From assembly GCA_012295275.1 (NCBI GenBank), contig CM022679.1, forward strand, positions 18,042,001 through 18,106,000: a stretch of DNA of 64,000 nucleotides, in the 5' to 3' direction. Below are positions 61,301-64,000 of this stretch, piece by piece (position 1 is the stretch's first letter; the number at the start of each line of letters is the position of its first letter). This DNA is from Chrysomallon squamiferum. Its lineage: Eukaryota > Animalia > Mollusca. Under the pieces are notes generated by a model. It made no database searches. It was not told the DNA's origin and saw only the letters and a list, made by a program, of their open reading frames with translations. The position numbers were made by a program, and so were the translations under genes.

Positions 61301-64000
61301 CTTATTTGTATAGGTTAGTGTGTATCTGCAGAACTGGTCACATGTTCAGAGCTATGTTAATAAAGCTGAGGCCACACCAGAGGCCAATGAGGTAAGAAAC
61401 AGGAACAAATAATTTTCTTTTTTTTAAACAAACAATATAACAATGAGGATTTTAGTTGTTGTTTTTTATTAAAAATATATAATATGTAATAATTTACTAA
61501 ATCAAGAAAACAACTTACTCTTTCATCATTAATATTTTCATTTTACTATCAAGAAAGATTTGTGTTCTTTTATGAATATAATATTTAATAATTATAATAC
61601 TTGCTCTTTACTAAATGGAGAACAAAACTTACTCTTTCGTCATTGTTTTCATTTTGCTTGTATAGAAAACTCTTTGGTCCGTTATGCATGGAATAGTTAT
61701 TTAGAATAAAGTAAAATAACTTTGTGTTGTTATTGTAGCATGCTAAGGATGGTGGTCTTTTGATACAGACTAAGCTGCGATGTGCAGCTGGACTTGCTGA
61801 TTTAGCTACAAAAAAATACAAATCTGCAGCCAAATACTTTCTGCTTGCAAGCTTCGACCACTGTGATTTTCCAGAAGTATGTAAAATCTGCATTTATATC
61901 CAAATATAAACATATTCTTAATAAGAGATTAGTATGTTCAGAGCAGTTTACAGTTGTATTGTTTGTAAAGTTTTAAATTTTCATGTATAAGTCCTTTCAT
62001 TTATAGTATTTTGTTTGAATATCAATATTCATGAGAATAACAATTAAGAACAAGTGTTTTTCTGATACTTTAAAATTTCAGCTTTCCCCCAATTTTTTTT
62101 TTTTTTTAAAGTTGGAATAGACTAGTTTAGCAGTTAATTAAGAAATTAGTCATTTAGAAAGGATGACTTTCTGCAGCTGGTGAAAACAGACAGAATTGAA
62201 GAATTTAGTAATTGAAACAGAAAGTGCAAAGTTTTAAAATAAAATTAAAAAAAAAAATATTTTCATTTTTTATTTCTGAGTGGTAACTTCTGGATCAAAC
62301 ATCATGGTAAATATTTATGATACTTCTAAATTACACATCTGATAAAATGCTGATAGCATGTTATATTTCATATGTAGCATAGCTTTCTGTAGGCCTGTGT
62401 CTAGTATGTATGAACCTTGCTAGTTCTAGGATGTTTTACTTAATTAAGAATTAACATGTACACATATATTTGTAGGATCTTGATTAATGCATTGCTATAT
62501 TTCTGCCATGTTTTTGCCCATTATGATCCATATATGTAATCAGTTTGTGATACTTCTGTTGAATGGTACAAATTAGTTAAAATTTCAAGCATATTTGTTA
62601 ATGTTATGGAGATATTAATATTTAGCCTGCTTAAAGTGTTGTATGATTACAACCACTCTTTCCAGCATAATGGATCAAAAAAAAATAAAGCCTTTTTACC
62701 TGATTGTTTTAACAAAATAATGTTTTGATATGCTGTTCAATGATTGAACTGTAAAAAATAAATAGGTGTAATTTTGAAAAAAAAAAAAAAAAATAGAACA
62801 AAAAAGAGGATAAAATTCACCAAAATTTGAAACAGAAAACCATCCTCTTGTTATTTGTTCTGTCATCAATCCCAAAATTGCCTTGTTTTGCATTACACAA
62901 TTTATATCTAAAAAAGAAATACATATCCTCTAGATAATGAATCTGCAATTTGTTTCATTATTTCCCATTTATTGAGGACTTGTCAATAATGTCGGAGGGA
63001 ATGTGGACTCTAGTGTCAGTGAAACAGTTAACATTAAAAAAAAATGTTATAGCTTTGAAAGTTTATATATAGCAAGTATTTCATGTTTTCAGTCTAATAT
63101 GGTGGATATCTCCATCAGACAAAGTCAGACATCACATCTCATCAGTCGAGCATACACAATGAATGTGATGTATAGTTGTAGATTTCACGAGGTAAGATCT
63201 CCACCAAACACATCAGAGAACAGATGACAATTTACCACGTCCTTATTTTTTCAGACTATTATCTGACGAAAGGACGGCATTCAGAAAAGAAAAATGATGT
63301 GGTTCCAGTAATAGTTTGTTTTAAAAAGATATGTTCTCAGGGATTATAATTAAATATGTTATAGAAAAAAAAATTGCCATCAAATATTATTGGCGTTTTC
63401 TTAATAGAGAAATATGTGTAGTCCATGGACAGTATAAGGAACAAACTGAAAGTGAATGGGTTTTTTTATGTCATACTGTTAGTTTACTCAGTTTCCACTG
63501 ACAATTGGCCAAGTAACTAGAACCACACCATTTTTAATACACATCTGGATTTGCTTTAATTGTAGTGTGAATACTGGTCCACACTTTATAGATATTGATT
63601 ATGATGTGTTGTGTTTGTCAGCTTCTTTCAGCCAGTAATGTGGCAACCTATGGTGCTCTATGTGCTCTCGCATCCTTTGACCGGACTGAACTACAGAAAA
63701 ATGTTATATCAAGCAGGTAATTTTTTTTTTTACTACATTCTCACACATATTTATTTTTGTCGACCAGGGTTAAACAATACTTTATTTCTTTTACATTATA
63801 GATTAAAAACTATTTGTCCTCTCTATTAAATTTTTCTTAATTTTTAAATATCGTCGTTGTTTAATCTTAATTTTCTTATGTTAATGAAATTTGTTAAAAC
63901 AACAAACATTAATGCAAATGTTAGCACATTGTGAAGACATCTTTCTATTTGACTTGTTTATTTTTCAGTTCTTTCAAGCAGTTTTTAGAACTTGAACCTC
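58364..64000 (+). CDS. GPS1: COP9 signalosome subunit 1, 5' part (continues beyond the window)
   Basis: Nine in-frame exons: [11 protein letters not shown] / PAVEPMQVD... / [12 protein letters not shown]... / [22 protein letters not shown] / [31 protein letters not shown] / [11 protein letters not shown] / [10 protein letters not shown] / [21 protein letters not shown] / [10 protein letters not shown]. Confidence 0.97.
59084..59176 (+). CDS. GPS1: CSN1 exon 2
   Basis: [31 protein letters not shown]. Confidence 0.94.
59663..59847 (+). CDS. GPS1: CSN1 exon 3
   Basis: [37 protein letters not shown]...HKKLQEAVS; GT|gtatgt. Confidence 0.94.
60159..60320 (+). CDS. GPS1: CSN1 exon 4 (alternative in-frame start at 60168)
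   Basis: [54 protein letters not shown]. Confidence 0.92.
60949..61084 (+). CDS. GPS1: CSN1 exon 5
   Basis: [45 protein letters not shown]. Confidence 0.97.
61314..61391 (+). CDS. GPS1: CSN1 exon 6
   Basis: [26 protein letters not shown]. Confidence 0.96.
61739..61876 (+). CDS. GPS1: CSN1 exon 7
   Basis: [46 protein letters not shown]. Confidence 0.96.
63000..63531. mobile_element. Possible old MITE in CSN1 intron 7
   Basis: Degenerate inverted ends: atgtggactctagt..gtcagtgaaacagttaac versus gtttactcagtttccactgac..actagaaccacaccat. Confidence 0.4.
63622..63716 (+). CDS. GPS1: CSN1 exon 8
   Basis: [31 protein letters not shown]. Confidence 0.96.
63969..64000 (+). CDS. GPS1: CSN1 exon 9 (cut by the window end)
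   Basis: tttcag|T TCT TTC AAG...; [10 protein letters not shown]. Confidence 0.93.

Noticed and set aside
61585-61893. 102-aa minus-strand ORF
   Set aside because: Antisense shadow of CSN1 exon 7.

Overview
AT-rich animal genomic DNA, probably a mollusc or other lophotrochozoan (inferred from protein similarity and repeat style, not provable here). It holds three intron-rich genes, all on the + strand: (1) the 3' half of CaMKII (end of the regulatory segment, a 23-kb variable-linker region, four hub exons, stop at 26491); (2) a complete 17-exon GGA adaptor gene (35818-55123, about 697 aa); (3) the first nine exons of COP9 signalosome subunit 1 (GPS1/CSN1, from 58364 past the window end). Most short ORFs in the supplied track are noise. 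The most interesting signal is a set of frame-preserving phase-1 cassette exons and microexons (9, 45, 21?, 18 and 72 nt) in the CaMKII linker introns. The 72-nt exon encodes two tandem CaMKII consensus sites; one (IQRQETF) copies the RQET of the kinase's own Thr286 autophosphorylation site. Also present: a three-level nested DNA-transposon stack with inverted repeats in a CaMKII intron, two candidate NMD (poison) splice events and an 80-nt hairpin in GGA, Gypsy remnants, MITEs, and a 300-bp inverted duplication upstream of GGA. All exon calls come from manual reading of splice signals and translation, without transcript evidence.
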